IMG/VR virus record: IMGVR_UViG_3300047160_007939
Span: 32,001 to 96,000 of that record
Strand: one strand, 5' to 3'
DNA from: a virus
DNA: 64,000 nt
Shown in pieces: positions 18,953 to 28,778 of this stretch. A program made the position numbers and the translations under genes. The number at the start of each line of letters is the position of its first letter. The stretch's first letter is position 1. The notes under the pieces were generated by a model, which ran no database searches, was not told the DNA's origin, and was given only the letters and a program-made list of their open reading frames with translations.

Positions 18953-19145
18953 ACGGACGAGGATGGATATGGGAGCGCCAGCGAATAGTCCTGTTCCTGG
19001 CCTAGCATCTGCGCTCTCACGGCACGGGGCCGAGTTGCGTCCACCCTTCGTCAGTGGAGACGGCTCCTGGCTACCGGCGCGACCCACCTACACCCAGCAC
19101 AGGCGGAAGGTGAGAGATGTCCGGTACGGAAGTGCTGTCCGTATC

Positions 19146-19181
19146 CGCCGTTAGTATACCGCACCTAACGGCGAAGCGCAA
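19146..19181 (-). promoter_or_regulatory. promoter of the tRNA cluster, with inverted repeat enclosing the -10 box
   Basis: TTGCGC-N17-TATACT; CGCCGTTAG-N10-CTAACGGCG. Confidence 0.7.
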
Positions 19182-19185
19182 CCCC

Positions 19186-19521
19186 TCATCTTCCCGGCGA
19201 ACCGGCTACTCCGTGCAAGCGTGTGTAGCGGTGCGCGCTTGTGTCGGGGGGCATCTCGGGCGGCAGCTCCTCGAAGCGCAGCACGTAGGGCGAGAAGCGA
19301 TGGCTCACCTCTACCACCGCGTTCCACCGGTCGCTGGCAATCTCCAGGATGGCGTTCACGATCCGGTCGTGCGGCCAGGGGTCTAGCCGGATGTAGCAGG
19401 GAGCGCCGGGCCGGAAGTGCCGGCGCAGCTTGAGGTTGATCTGGTGGCAGACCTCTTCGAGCACCACGTCGTCGTCATCCGACAGGTGCTCCAGTTCGGC
19501 AGGGCCGAGGATTTCGGGCAT
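19186..19521 (-). CDS. hypothetical protein (111 aa)
   Basis: GAAAGGAG RBS. Confidence 0.6.
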   Translation of the reverse strand: MPEILGPAELEHLSDDDDVVLEEVCHQINLKLRRHFRPGAPCYIRLDPWPHDRIVNAILEIASDRWNAVVEVSHRFSPYVLRFEELPPEMPPDTSAHRYTRLHGVAGSPGR

Positions 19522-19572
19522 CGTTCGTTCTCCTTTCGGTGAAGAAGTATAGAACGATGTTTCACTGTTTTG

Positions 19573-19860
19573 TCAACTTCTTTGCCGGGCAACCTCGGCA
19601 GCCCTACGCAGCCCGTCTGCGGTCGCCACCTCGACTTTGGCCGTGTCCTCCACGGTGACGCGCAGGAGATTGTCGGTACGCTCCAGGGTCATCTTGTTGC
19701 CGGCTTCGATGGCGATGAAGCGCGGCAGCTTGTCCCCCGGCATCTCGGTGAGCATCTGCTTGATGGGCGCGAGCTGCTCGGGCGACAGGCCAATGGGGAT
19801 CATCTCCCCGGTGGTAAAGCAGAAGGTCACCCGCAGGCGAGGAGGAAGAGGGCCGTTCAC
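19573..19860 (-). CDS. hypothetical protein (95 aa)
   Basis: GTGA overlap with the upstream gene. Confidence 0.55.
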   Translation of the reverse strand: MNGPLPPRLRVTFCFTTGEMIPIGLSPEQLAPIKQMLTEMPGDKLPRFIAIEAGNKMTLERTDNLLRVTVEDTAKVEVATADGLRRAAEVARQRS

Positions 19861-20168
19861 TCTTTGCCCTCCGGGAACTTCATCTCGTACTGCTCCGGGC
19901 CAGTCTCGCTCTTCAGCACGCTCGCCTCGCCCACGGGCGGCAGGTTCGGGCTGGCCGGCTCGACCTCGATCAGTTCAGCGGCTCGCCGGATCCAGAGCAC
20001 GGCTGTCTCCATCTCGGTGACGGCAACCGACAGCGCCCGCCCGAGCTGGCCCGGTCCCCGGTTCGCCTTCGTGGTAGCCAGCCGGCACACCATATCGTTG
20101 AGCCGGCCAGCCTGCCATAACAGGTTGGTGCGGAGTTCCCTCGCCTCGGCGTTGGCCTTCTCGGTCAT
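19857..20168 (-). CDS. hypothetical protein
   Basis: ATGA overlap; helical region containing GRALSVAVTEMETAVLW. Confidence 0.55.
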   Translation of the reverse strand: MTEKANAEARELRTNLLWQAGRLNDMVCRLATTKANRGPGQLGRALSVAVTEMETAVLWIRRAAELIEVEPASPNLPPVGEASVLKSETGPEQYEMKFPEGKE

Positions 20169-21043
20169 ACCGGCATCCCCAGGTGCTTCGCGTCCGTCGT
20201 GTCGTCCATCGCAAGACCCGGCCACTGCGCCTGCCAGTTCACGATCTTGACGCCCCAGAACCAGTGTCGAAGCTGCGGGGCCACGGGCAGGACCAGGGCT
20301 GCGTGCAGGATGGGACCTTTCTCCAGCGTCTCGTACCAGACTTGAGAGCCTGGGCCGCTGCCGTCGCCCTCGGGCTTCCACGGCATCCGGTGCTCGGGCC
20401 ACCGTCGCATACACCCACGGCAGGTGCAGTCCATTAAGTTGAAGTCCACCTCGCCCGTCTTACACTCGGGGCAGTACCGGGTGACCGGCAGCTCGCGGAG
20501 CACGCACATGCACATCCGGTCGATCCGGTCGGGGTCCAGGTAAAACCCCAGGATGTCAGCGAGCGCCGTACCCGCACGGTCGGGCCGGCCAGCCGGCACG
20601 AGGCAGGGCATCCCGCAGGCGGGGCAGGTGAAGACCTCCACCATCTTACCGTGCTCGCCCTCTTCGGTGTGCTTCGCTTTCTCGGGCAGCTCGGCCCCGC
20701 AGAAGCGGCAGTGGTAGCCGAAGTAGTCGCGGATCTTGTCCTGCGTCTCCTGCTGGGTCACAAACTTATACCAGCCGCGCTCGATGATGTCCGCGCACCG
20801 GTTCGAGAGCACGCCGTCGTGGATCTTGGTCAGCGGTACGATCGCTCCCATCGCCCCCACCGGGGCCTTCTCGCGTTCGGCGTGCGTGCTCTGGGAAAAG
20901 GCGAGGTTCAACGCGCTGACAACACAGCCTCGTACCTGGGACGGCAGGGCTTCCTCGGTCACCACGCCTCTGGCCTGTGTACCGTCCGAGAGTGCCAGGA
21001 GCGCCGCGCCTGCCGCTGTCTTCATCAGTTGCCTGCGGTTCAT
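20165..21043 (-). CDS. Zn-ribbon protein with twin-arginine-like N-terminus
   Basis: MNRRQLMKTAAGAALLAL; four CxxC pairs. Confidence 0.6.
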   Translation of the reverse strand: MNRRQLMKTAAGAALLALSDGTQARGVVTEEALPSQVRGCVVSALNLAFSQSTHAEREKAPVGAMGAIVPLTKIHDGVLSNRCADIIERGWYKFVTQQETQDKIRDYFGYHCRFCGAELPEKAKHTEEGEHGKMVEVFTCPACGMPCLVPAGRPDRAGTALADILGFYLDPDRIDRMCMCVLRELPVTRYCPECKTGEVDFNLMDCTCRGCMRRWPEHRMPWKPEGDGSGPGSQVWYETLEKGPILHAALVLPVAPQLRHWFWGVKIVNWQAQWPGLAMDDTTDAKHLGMPV

Positions 21044-21239
21044 CTTCTTCTCTCACGATACGAAGCACCGGCTCTCGCCCAATTGGGACCTCGAAAGCGA
21101 ACGTCTTACAATGCGGGCAGCAGTGGCACACTCGCTTGCGGCTCTCTTCGCTGACACCGTTCCCCGCGCAGAAGTCGAGCCACTCCTGCCAGGGGTGTTC
21201 GCGGCCACACTTCGGACAAAACGCTTTCGTCGCCATTGT

Positions 21240-21908
21240 TCAGCTAGCCGGCGCAATGTCGGCAGCGTCCAGCAGGTAGTAGGTCCACGATGCCTGCCCG
21301 CTGGACTGCACCCGGCCCAGGAAGTCGGTCCACTCCGGGCCGTTCCAACCGTTTGCTGACCAAACAACCTGACAGCCGGCGCTCCACTCATCTACCGCGT
21401 CACCGGTCCCGGCGTGAATGTTGATCCCGAAGAAGCCGCTCTCGTGCTTCTCACTCGCATCTTCGGTATGGTCTTCGTCGTAGTCGCGCCAGATGTCCAC
21501 CGGCCCGCCCTGGACGAGCGCCGTATGGTCTTTGTGAAGACCGATGACGTAGGTGTAGGCCCCGTCTTCGAGATGCGCGCACCCGCTGGCGTTCAACGGG
21601 TCCTGGGTGTAGGGCTTTCCCGGATCCACCGTGCCCCGATAGGTGGCAAAGCTCGTGCCCAAAACGCCAATCGTGTCGTTCCAACCGTTCGGGTCGTTGT
21701 CCTTCAGCGTCAAGAGGTGAACACCCGGCGGGCTGTTCGTATACGGCACAGCGCCACGGATGCCGAAGATGGAGAGCACCCCCTCCGGCGCTGCCGGAAA
21801 GCCGCGTTTCGCTATCGCATCCCGAAGGATCTGGTTGTTGACCTCGAATGCCACGGTCGTTCTCCCACTCTTTAAGGTCAGGGGAATGATGATCTGGCTT
21901 GCCGACAT
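21240..21908 (-). CDS. probable endolysin/peptidoglycan enzyme (L,D-transpeptidase-like)
   Basis: GIRG...ND...TVDPG...GLHK..ALVQ...FGINIH...WSAGCQV; H-x-S-x-G-C catalytic pattern. Confidence 0.65.
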   Translation of the reverse strand: MSASQIIIPLTLKSGRTTVAFEVNNQILRDAIAKRGFPAAPEGVLSIFGIRGAVPYTNSPPGVHLLTLKDNDPNGWNDTIGVLGTSFATYRGTVDPGKPYTQDPLNASGCAHLEDGAYTYVIGLHKDHTALVQGGPVDIWRDYDEDHTEDASEKHESGFFGINIHAGTGDAVDEWSAGCQVVWSANGWNGPEWTDFLGRVQSSGQASWTYYLLDAADIAPAS

Positions 21909-21978
21909 CTCCACCCCTTCGGTATGGTGTATCAGATCGAAAGCCAGTCGGAAAGAACCGCCGGTGACCGCCTCCACC

Positions 21979-22269
21979 TCACCCCGTCGCATAGAGCAGT
22001 TCCCACCGGCCCAAGCCCTGCTCGTCTTCCGTGCCCGTCGTCGCGGTACGAGCGTAGAACACCTTCCCGATGCCGGTCTTCACGCGCAGCAGGTCGCCCA
22101 CCAGCTCGATGTGGCCGTAGCCTTCCTCGGGATCGTCCAGCCACGCCTCGGGATAGGTGAACGCTTCCTCGAACTCCGTGATCAGGAGATAGTCACTCGG
22201 GTAGCTGACGAGCGTGAAGCCGTGCGGATTAGGTGGGACCTCGGTCGTTCCCTCCATCACCACTTCCAT
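21979..22269 (-). CDS. hypothetical protein
   Basis: Open frame in operon orientation; start uncertain. Confidence 0.45.
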   Translation of the reverse strand: MEVVMEGTTEVPPNPHGFTLVSYPSDYLLITEFEEAFTYPEAWLDDPEEGYGHIELVGDLLRVKTGIGKVFYARTATTGTEDEQGLGRWELLYATG

Positions 22270-22350
22270 CCCTTCGGGCTGATGTAGTAGATTGAGAGCA
22301 CCGCAGCAAGCAGGGCCAGCAGGAGTATCAACCCCCACAGACCGTACTCT

Positions 22351-23370
22351 TTAGCGCCGGCCAGCAGATAGCGCCTCAATGCGCGCCAGCGCATCCTCCG
22401 CCACCTGCGCGTAACCCGCGATAGAGGCGAGGGCTGTACTGGCAACGGCCTGTTGACCTTCGATCCCGGCAATGGCTTCCTGCGCCTCGTCTATCAGGGC
22501 CTGCATCTCATCCGGCGGCTGCGGCTCCGGCGGCTCGCCCGGCGTCCACCCGTCGCCTGGGTTCTGCTCGATGTTGTTGCTTCCCTGCTCGATGGCGAGA
22601 TGGCTGCGAGCCGGCACGGTGTAGTCCCGAAACTCCACATTCTCGCAGTGGTAGCCGGGCTTCCCGTCCGCAAAGCAAACGCCCCAACGGTCGCCCGCCA
22701 CCCAATCCTGGAAGAACTTGGCGATGATGCTCTCCCTGACCGCCATCAGAGACAGCGGCGGAGTGTTCGAGCTGCCGCAGTGGTAGCAGGCAATCTCCTC
22801 GGCGTGGACGTTCCTGACAATCTCATTCATCCCCGCCCCATTGATCTGGAGCGCGCTGCCGGTCACGTAAAGCACCGTGATGGCTGCCACCACGCTGTCG
22901 CTGGCATCGCCCGAGAGATAGATGCCGTGGCGCTTGTCGGGCGGGTAGTCGAGGCGTACCCAGGACTGGCTGCTGGGCCTGCTCCGCGCCACACTGATGC
23001 GCTGGTACGTTGAGCTGGGGCAGTTGCCGGTGATAATCCCTTCCACCGCGCAGTGATGGATGTTGAGGTCGCAGAACTGGCTCTCGCGGGCCACGGTAAC
23101 CCGGATGCCGCGCCCCTGGCTCTCGCACACCTCCAGCGGTCCCAGGATGCGAAGGCCGTGCGCGCCGTCGTTGAAGCGCATCGAACACGGCGGCTCCCCG
23201 CCTCCCAGGTTGCGGCTGCCGCGAATGCGCGCACCCAGGCAGCCCTGGATCGTGACATCCGGCACGCCGGAGAACTCCTCGGGCTGGTGGTCCCCTGGAT
23301 CGAGGTTGATGAGCAGGCCGCGAACGAGCTGCGGCCACGGCTGGTCAGGAGCCTTCTGAACGGTCGGCAT
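22351..23370 (-). CDS. right-handed beta-helix (pectin-lyase-like) protein with C-terminal coiled coil
   Basis: Repeating GIRV/GII/HGIYLSG/GSALQING beta-helix rungs. Confidence 0.6.
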   Translation of the reverse strand: MPTVQKAPDQPWPQLVRGLLINLDPGDHQPEEFSGVPDVTIQGCLGARIRGSRNLGGGEPPCSMRFNDGAHGLRILGPLEVCESQGRGIRVTVARESQFCDLNIHHCAVEGIITGNCPSSTYQRISVARSRPSSQSWVRLDYPPDKRHGIYLSGDASDSVVAAITVLYVTGSALQINGAGMNEIVRNVHAEEIACYHCGSSNTPPLSLMAVRESIIAKFFQDWVAGDRWGVCFADGKPGYHCENVEFRDYTVPARSHLAIEQGSNNIEQNPGDGWTPGEPPEPQPPDEMQALIDEAQEAIAGIEGQQAVASTALASIAGYAQVAEDALARIEALSAGRR

Positions 23371-23711
23371 CCCACTGTTCTCCCAGGTTGATGAATATAG
23401 CCGGATCGCGGCAAACGTGCTTCATCTCGTCGCTTCGTACCGGCCAGCCGCAATGCGGGCAGTTGGTGATCGTCACGGTCGTCGGCCACCACGTCGGATG
23501 GACGGGAAGCGTAAATCCAGCCGGCGCATTGTCAGCTTGCCCACCCAGGTTCGTCTCCACGCCCGTCTTACCTGACGGCCCCGCATTGCTATCCACACCC
23601 GCACTATTCGTGGCTTCGCCGGCTGGCCGGCTTTCCAGCTCGGCCAGCTCGCGCAGGAGCCTCGGGATCTGCTCACACTGCTCGCACCAGTGTTCGGGGT
23701 CGCCGTGCTAA

Positions 23712-24056
23712 TTAACTTTCGCTTCCGGCATCCAGACACCTCTCGATCTGGCTGATCAGCCATACAGCCATCTCCGGCGTCAGCTCGGTCATACAGCGGC
23801 CAGGGCTGGGTTCGATCTTCATATTCTCCGGCCCGTCATACCAGAAGGTCTTCTTCGGCCAGAAGCTGAAGGCCAGCTTCACCTCGCCGGGCTTGTCGCT
23901 CGGCCACACCTCAAGCAGCATCCCATCATTGGTGATGAACTGAAGGCCCCGCCGGTCCAGCGGCTTATACCGGCGTGCCTCGGGGATCGTCCCCTCCTCC
24001 GGCGATCCGCCCACCTCCGCCATTGCCATTCTTCCCTTTCCACGCGCCAATGCCAA
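23712..24056 (-). CDS. hypothetical protein
   Basis: Operon context. Confidence 0.45.
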   Translation of the reverse strand: MALARGKGRMAMAEVGGSPEEGTIPEARRYKPLDRRGLQFITNDGMLLEVWPSDKPGEVKLAFSFWPKKTFWYDGPENMKIEPSPGRCMTELTPEMAVWLISQIERCLDAGSES

Positions 24057-24233
24057 GCGCGGCCAAGCCAGCCGGCACAGTCACGCTTGCCTGTCCTTCG
24101 AGGAACATCCGGGCGCGGTCACTCAAGCTCTTCCTCGTTGAACACCAGAAGAGCACGATGCCCACCACGATGATCACAATCCCAGGCAGATAGGCTTTCA
24201 CCGCGTTCCCCTCCCAGGAAGAACGTCGGCTTA

Positions 24234-24935
24234 TCAAGCGTCGAGCACCGCGTCTATCGCGGCCAGCAGGTCATCGTAGCGGCCCGCCGAAGCCAGTCGG
24301 CTGCCGTCCGCGAAGTCGTAGACAAAGGTATCCCGATTGGCTTCCCGCAGCGCGCCGCGCGCTGCCGTCAGGTGCTCGCGCAGAACGTCGTGGCTGGGCC
24401 AGCGGGTTGAGAGCGTCGGCCCGCTCCCCCACGGGATGCGCTCACCGGGCGGCACGAGGTCGAAGCTCTGGCTCTCCACCACACACTCGAAGCTGCCGTT
24501 ATGCCAGCCACGGGTCTGACGGTTCACCACGATCAGGTCTTCGGGCATCGCCGACGCCACCTCGCAGCCCGTCTCCGGCCCACGTAGAGATACCTGGAAC
24601 CCGGTTCGCGCGTGTAGGAACAGCTCGGGACTGAAGGCCACGATCCGCCACGGCTGCGGGTAGTTGGTCCAGTTGTGGGTCCAGTAAAGCGCGCCCGCTT
24701 CCATCCCATCCGGCAGCGGCCTACTGCCGAGATTGATCGGCTCTTCCCACGTCTTTCGCAGGGCAAGCCGGAACTCTTCGAGCTGCTCGGGTGTCCACGT
24801 TGCGCTTTTCAGCGTCAACACGCCCAGCGGCGGCACAGCCGGCCTGCCGGCCCGATGGATGCCGAGATAGGCCAGGGGCGCTGTCAGCACGCCCAGAATG
24901 GCTCCCAGCACACTTCTACGGTTGGTCTGTTCCAT
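24234..24935 (-). CDS. hypothetical protein with twin-arginine-like N-terminus
   Basis: MEQTNRRSVLGAILGVLTAPLAYLG; begins just after TIGR array 2. Confidence 0.55.
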   Translation of the reverse strand: MEQTNRRSVLGAILGVLTAPLAYLGIHRAGRPAVPPLGVLTLKSATWTPEQLEEFRLALRKTWEEPINLGSRPLPDGMEAGALYWTHNWTNYPQPWRIVAFSPELFLHARTGFQVSLRGPETGCEVASAMPEDLIVVNRQTRGWHNGSFECVVESQSFDLVPPGERIPWGSGPTLSTRWPSHDVLREHLTAARGALREANRDTFVYDFADGSRLASAGRYDDLLAAIDAVLDA

Positions 24936-24948
24936 CGCTCTATACTCT

Positions 24949-25357
24949 CGGTTCTCTCGCGCGAAACGGCTCACTCCTACTCGTCGGTTCTCTTGACGAT
25001 TGCGGCTCCGCTCCTACGGCTCGGTTCACTCCCAATGGACGGCTCGCTCCCAATGGACGGCTCGCTCCCAATGGACGGCTCTCTCCAGTACCTCGGCTCG
25101 CTCACGCGGCCCGGTTCTCTCTCTCCGCAGACGGCTCGCTCTCGATCTTCGGTTCTCTAGTACGGGTCGGCTCGCTGCGCTCATTCGGTTCTCACGCGCC
25201 ATTCGGCTCCGCTAGGCTCTCTCGGTTCTCTCACCCCCACTGGCTCGCGCATAAGGTGCGGTTCTCTCCACCGACACCGGCTTGCTCACGACGTTCGGTT
25301 CCCTCCACTTCAGCGGCTCGCTTCTTCCACGCGGTTCACTCTTTAGCAACGGCTCAC
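24949..25357 (-). repeat. TIGR-like dual-repeat array 2 (longest, ~23 repeats)
   Basis: Alternating AGAGAACCG/AGCGAGCCG (minus reading) with mostly 9-nt spacers; starts at the terminase stop codon. Confidence 0.9.
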
Positions 25358-28300
25358 AGGATGACACCCCCACGGCCACGGAGCTTGCCGATCTTACCGA
25401 GTGTATCACCCACTACACTATACTCCGGTCGCGGGTCGTTCTCGTGATCCTTCCCCGTCATCTCCCTGCCGGCGAGGAACATCTGGTGATCGGCACGGTC
25501 GGTCCCCAGGTAGCTGATGTCCCCCACGTTGGCGTAGTAGGTCGCCGAGAGCTGCCACGCGATCATCTCGGCATCGCAGAGGTCTTTGGCTCCCTTTCCC
25601 CCATAGGCTGATGTAGCAGGGTGGTCGATCTTCCGGTTGTTGATGAGCTGCACCTCGCGGAGCTGGTTCCTGGCCCGCTCGTGCTGGGGGTAGCCCGGCT
25701 TTGCGGGGAGCAGCCAGAGCAGGTTGTTGTTCAGCAGCGTCTTACCGTTCCGGTACATCCCGAGCTGCTCCGGATTGGACATGTCTTTGGCATCGCAGGG
25801 GATGCCCCACGATCGTACTTCCTGGATGATGCTCTCCGCCTGCCAGCGGTCGAACTTCATACCACCGACACTGGCCCCGCCTGCTTGAACGACATCCACG
25901 AGCTGGCGGAGCACATCTCGCACGTTGCCGAAGTCCACGGCCAACCGGTTCCGTTTGTCGGGCTTCCACTCCAGGAGTAGATCCTCAACAACGACCGCAC
26001 GTCGCTGCTCTTCAATGATGTCGTTGCCGAGGAGGTCTTTCGCGTAGACGGGCGTTCCGTCGTCTTCGAGGCGTAGAACCTTCGGGGCGGCGATCTTCTG
26101 GCCCGTCTCTTCAGCCAGCCCCCAGAACTGGTCCTCATTCGCATTCGGAACTCTCCCGCAGTGGTCACAGCGCCACATCGACGGCTCCCACGGCTTCTTC
26201 CTGAAGAGCGGCTGCTTCTTCGGGTCACTGCTTCGCGGGATCTTCCTGGGCCGGTAATGCTTCGCGTAGCGGCGCTGCCGGATCAGCCAGCACGCCGGGC
26301 AGCACTTCCCACCCTCTTCGCTGGGGACGATGTGCGAGATACAAAGGGCGAAGCTGTCCTGCTCCAGCCCCGCGTCCCCACCCACGAAGTAGATGATGCC
26401 CGGCCTGATACGCCAGTCCGAGAGAAGGAGCGCCACGTAGCGGTGCGTCTGCTGGTCCGAGGTGAGGTGCTCGGTAACCGTGTTCTCCACCTGCGCCATC
26501 GGCTCGATCATCGCCCGCCTGCCGGCTGTCGCCGCTTCCTCGATCTTCTCCGGCTGGGAGATGAACGCGCCCTCGGCTGCCGGCGGGTTCGTCTCGTAGA
26601 CTGCTTCGTAGAGGTCCGGGTCGTCGCGCTTCACCTGCGCCATCACCGGATCGGCTGCGTGCCACTCGCCGAGATAGTAGACCTTCTGCCAGTCGCGCCA
26701 GGGAATGACGATGCGCGTCGGAGCACGGTCGCCCCACCACTCGGGCGTGGCCCCGCCGAGGTTCTCACACTGCCGCAAGCCTCCCAGGATGAAGCCGTTC
26801 AGGGCGCGCGGCCAGGAAATGACGAAGCCCCACTGGAACGCGCCGAAGCGGTTACTGGTACGGAGCGTGTTGAAGCACGCCGTTGCCGCATCGTGGCCTT
26901 CGGCATCGCGGAGCGCATCCGCTTCATCCAGCACCCAGCCGAGGGTGTTCTTGCCTTCCGCGCTCTCGTTCTTCGAGTTCAGCGAGTGGACGCGCACGCA
27001 GGGAACCCGGTAGTCGTAGCCGGGCATCAGCTTCCAGAACTGCGTGACGTTGGCCTGGATGTCGCCTCGCGGCCCACGGTCGATCAAACCATCGAAGCAG
27101 GGCTTGCCGATGTGCCGAACGAAGCGGTCGTAGAAGTTGGACTTCGCGGCCCGAGCGTCCTGGGCCATGTTGATGAAGTCGAAGTAGTCGCCGTTGGCGT
27201 GCCGGAAGTGGACCCACGGATTGACCATCTGCTGGATCACCCACGCCGCATAAGCGTAGATCCAGGATACGAGGGTGTCTTTGCCCGAGTTGGCGTGTAA
27301 CGTGCCCCCGGCATCGAAGTAACAGTGTGTCCCACCCACGGTGAGGCTGTAGAAGTCCGCTACCCTGGTTGGCTCGATGGCGGTTATCTTGCTATACTTG
27401 GTGTATGCCAGTCCCACTAGACCACGAACTTCGCGCCCGTATCGTCGCCCTCTATGCCGAGGGGAAAAGCTCCCCCGAGATAGGCCGCATCGTAGGCAAG
27501 CACGCAGAGACGGTGCGCTATCACCTCCGAGGAGCCGGCGTGCGCGTCCGCACGAAGTCGGAAGCGAAGCTTCTGCTCGGACCCCGCCCACTGCCAACCC
27601 CCGTTGAAGTGATCGTCCAGGCTTACGAAGAGGGCTGGCCGCTAACCGCGCTATCCGCCGCGTTCGGCATCGCCGAAGAGACACTACGCCGACATCTCCA
27701 TCGAGCCGAACTAAAGATGCGAGCGCGGGGCCATGTTCCGGGCCGCTACGCGCCGCAGATCGAAGAGGCAGGCGACTACGTGTCTGTGACGCGCCGCGAT
27801 CACCCTCTTGCGGACGCAAATGGACAGGTGATGGCACATCGGCTGGTAATGGAAGCGCACCTGGGGCGCTTCCTGACGGCTGAAGAGGTCGTCCACCACG
27901 AGAACGGCATCCGAGACGACAACCGGATCGAGAACTTACGCCTCTTCCCCAGCGACCGAGAACACGCTCTTCATCACTGGCAAGAGTGGAAGACGCGACA
28001 ACTATCTCGTCCCCCACTTCCAGATCCACCAGCTTCTGCCAGCCAGCCGGCGAAAGAAAGCGATGCTCTCCCGTCACCTCGCTCTCCCGGCCATCCGCCA
28101 GCGTAACGCGATAGAGCTGGGCCGTGCCCTTCCGATAAACGGGTGACGCCTGCCGGTAAACGACGCGCTCCCCATCCCACGACCGCACCAGAAGCGGCGT
28201 GCCCAACTGCGCCCACTCCCCCATCGTGCGCGTAATTCCCGTGACCGCCGTGCTATAATCAGTCAGAAGACTTGTCTTTGATGTGCAACCTTTGCCCCAG

Positions 28301-28617
28301 CACAGCCACGCCACGTTGACGTGCCTCGGCCTGACGTACCAATCCGAGGCGTGCAGGCCGATGGACTGCTCTAGCGCCCACTCTTGCCGGGGGGTAAGCG
28401 GCGGATCGCCGAGGTACTGCGGGGAGGTGACGAACTCCGGCAAGCTGGGAATGTGCATCCCCACCGGCCACGGCCACTGCCGGAATGCCTTTCTCAGCAT
28501 CTGCCGGCCAGCCGGCAGCGATGCCTCGCGGATGACGCTTGAGAGCGCGCCGCGCCGGATCGCCTCTTCTTTCATCTGCCGGCGCAGGTCTTCGAGCTGC
28601 GCTTCCGAGACGGGCAT
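25354..28617 (-). CDS. terminase large subunit, intein-containing
   Basis: Split Walker A GKG|SGKDT, Walker B VLDEAD, RNase H-like GGDAG...DSFA, FDRWQ and KIDHP...KDLCDA motifs. Confidence 0.9.
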   Translation of the reverse strand: MPVSEAQLEDLRRQMKEEAIRRGALSSVIREASLPAGRQMLRKAFRQWPWPVGMHIPSLPEFVTSPQYLGDPPLTPRQEWALEQSIGLHASDWYVRPRHVNVAWLCWGKGCTSKTSLLTDYSTAVTGITRTMGEWAQLGTPLLVRSWDGERVVYRQASPVYRKGTAQLYRVTLADGRESEVTGEHRFLSPAGWQKLVDLEVGDEIVVASSTLASDEERVLGRWGRGVSSRSGCRLGCRSRGGRPLQPSGSAPGALPLPADVPSPVHLRPQEGDRGASQTRSRLPLRSAARSGPEHGPALASLVRLDGDVGVVSLRRCRTRRIARLAASPLRKPGRSLQRGLAVGGVRAEASLPTSCGRARRLLGGDSAPSLRACLRCGLSRGSFSPRHRGRRYGREVRGLVGLAYTKYSKITAIEPTRVADFYSLTVGGTHCYFDAGGTLHANSGKDTLVSWIYAYAAWVIQQMVNPWVHFRHANGDYFDFINMAQDARAAKSNFYDRFVRHIGKPCFDGLIDRGPRGDIQANVTQFWKLMPGYDYRVPCVRVHSLNSKNESAEGKNTLGWVLDEADALRDAEGHDAATACFNTLRTSNRFGAFQWGFVISWPRALNGFILGGLRQCENLGGATPEWWGDRAPTRIVIPWRDWQKVYYLGEWHAADPVMAQVKRDDPDLYEAVYETNPPAAEGAFISQPEKIEEAATAGRRAMIEPMAQVENTVTEHLTSDQQTHRYVALLLSDWRIRPGIIYFVGGDAGLEQDSFALCISHIVPSEEGGKCCPACWLIRQRRYAKHYRPRKIPRSSDPKKQPLFRKKPWEPSMWRCDHCGRVPNANEDQFWGLAEETGQKIAAPKVLRLEDDGTPVYAKDLLGNDIIEEQRRAVVVEDLLLEWKPDKRNRLAVDFGNVRDVLRQLVDVVQAGGASVGGMKFDRWQAESIIQEVRSWGIPCDAKDMSNPEQLGMYRNGKTLLNNNLLWLLPAKPGYPQHERARNQLREVQLINNRKIDHPATSAYGGKGAKDLCDAEMIAWQLSATYYANVGDISYLGTDRADHQMFLAGREMTGKDHENDPRPEYSVVGDTLGKIGKLRGRGGVIL
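27390..27404 (+). promoter_or_regulatory. extended -10 promoter for a leaderless antisense HNH mRNA
   Basis: TGcTATACT 6 nt upstream of ATG 27405. Confidence 0.55.
27405..28106 (+). CDS. HTH-HNH homing endonuclease encoded antisense within the intein
   Basis: Two HTH-like repeats, then HRLVME.HLGR.L...EVVHH.NG.RDDNR.ENL. Confidence 0.88.
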   Translation: MPVPLDHELRARIVALYAEGKSSPEIGRIVGKHAETVRYHLRGAGVRVRTKSEAKLLLGPRPLPTPVEVIVQAYEEGWPLTALSAAFGIAEETLRRHLHRAELKMRARGHVPGRYAPQIEEAGDYVSVTRRDHPLADANGQVMAHRLVMEAHLGRFLTAEEVVHHENGIRDDNRIENLRLFPSDREHALHHWQEWKTRQLSRPPLPDPPASASQPAKESDALPSPRSPGHPPA

Positions 28618-28673
28618 TCCTCACTCCGGGAGATTGGTTCCGGTAGCGTGTTCACTACCGGAACCGGCTTCTC

Positions 28674-28778
28674 CTACCTGCCAGCCGGCTGGCCGGCCTG
28701 CTGCATCGCCCAGACGAAGAGGGCAAGCCCCCACGCCCAGACTACGAAGCAGCCCAGCACGACGTAGAACGCCTTCAC
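28674..28778 (-). CDS. small membrane peptide (34 aa)
   Basis: GTGA overlap; hydrophobic VVLGCFVVWAWGLALFVW. Confidence 0.4.
   Translation of the reverse strand: MKAFYVVLGCFVVWAWGLALFVWAMQQAGQPAGR

Larger units (their letters stand above)
27289..28287 (-). mobile_element. intein (333 aa) in the terminase Walker A motif
   Basis: N-terminal C, block B VTGEHRF, block F FYSLTV, C-terminal HAN followed by S. Confidence 0.88.

Noticed and set aside
19025-19066. Hammerhead ribozyme (CTGACGA on the minus strand)
   Set aside because: No matching GAAA core or three-stem arrangement
19546-19576. Promoter with a second SOS box
   Set aside because: TTGACA-TATACT spacing is 19 nt and the box is degenerate (GAAA-N4-GTTC); too weak to call
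24949-25357. CRISPR array
   Set aside because: Repeats and spacers are ~9 nt, two repeats alternate, and no cas genes are visible; this fits TIGR architecture instead
25354-25500. Remnant second Tas gene at the terminase C-terminus
   Set aside because: Only vague similarity (MFL...P.Y....LG); core Nop motifs absent
28636-28665. Eighth array near the terL start
   Set aside because: It is a simple hairpin (GGTTCCGGTAG/CTACCGGAACC) without the 18-nt periodicity
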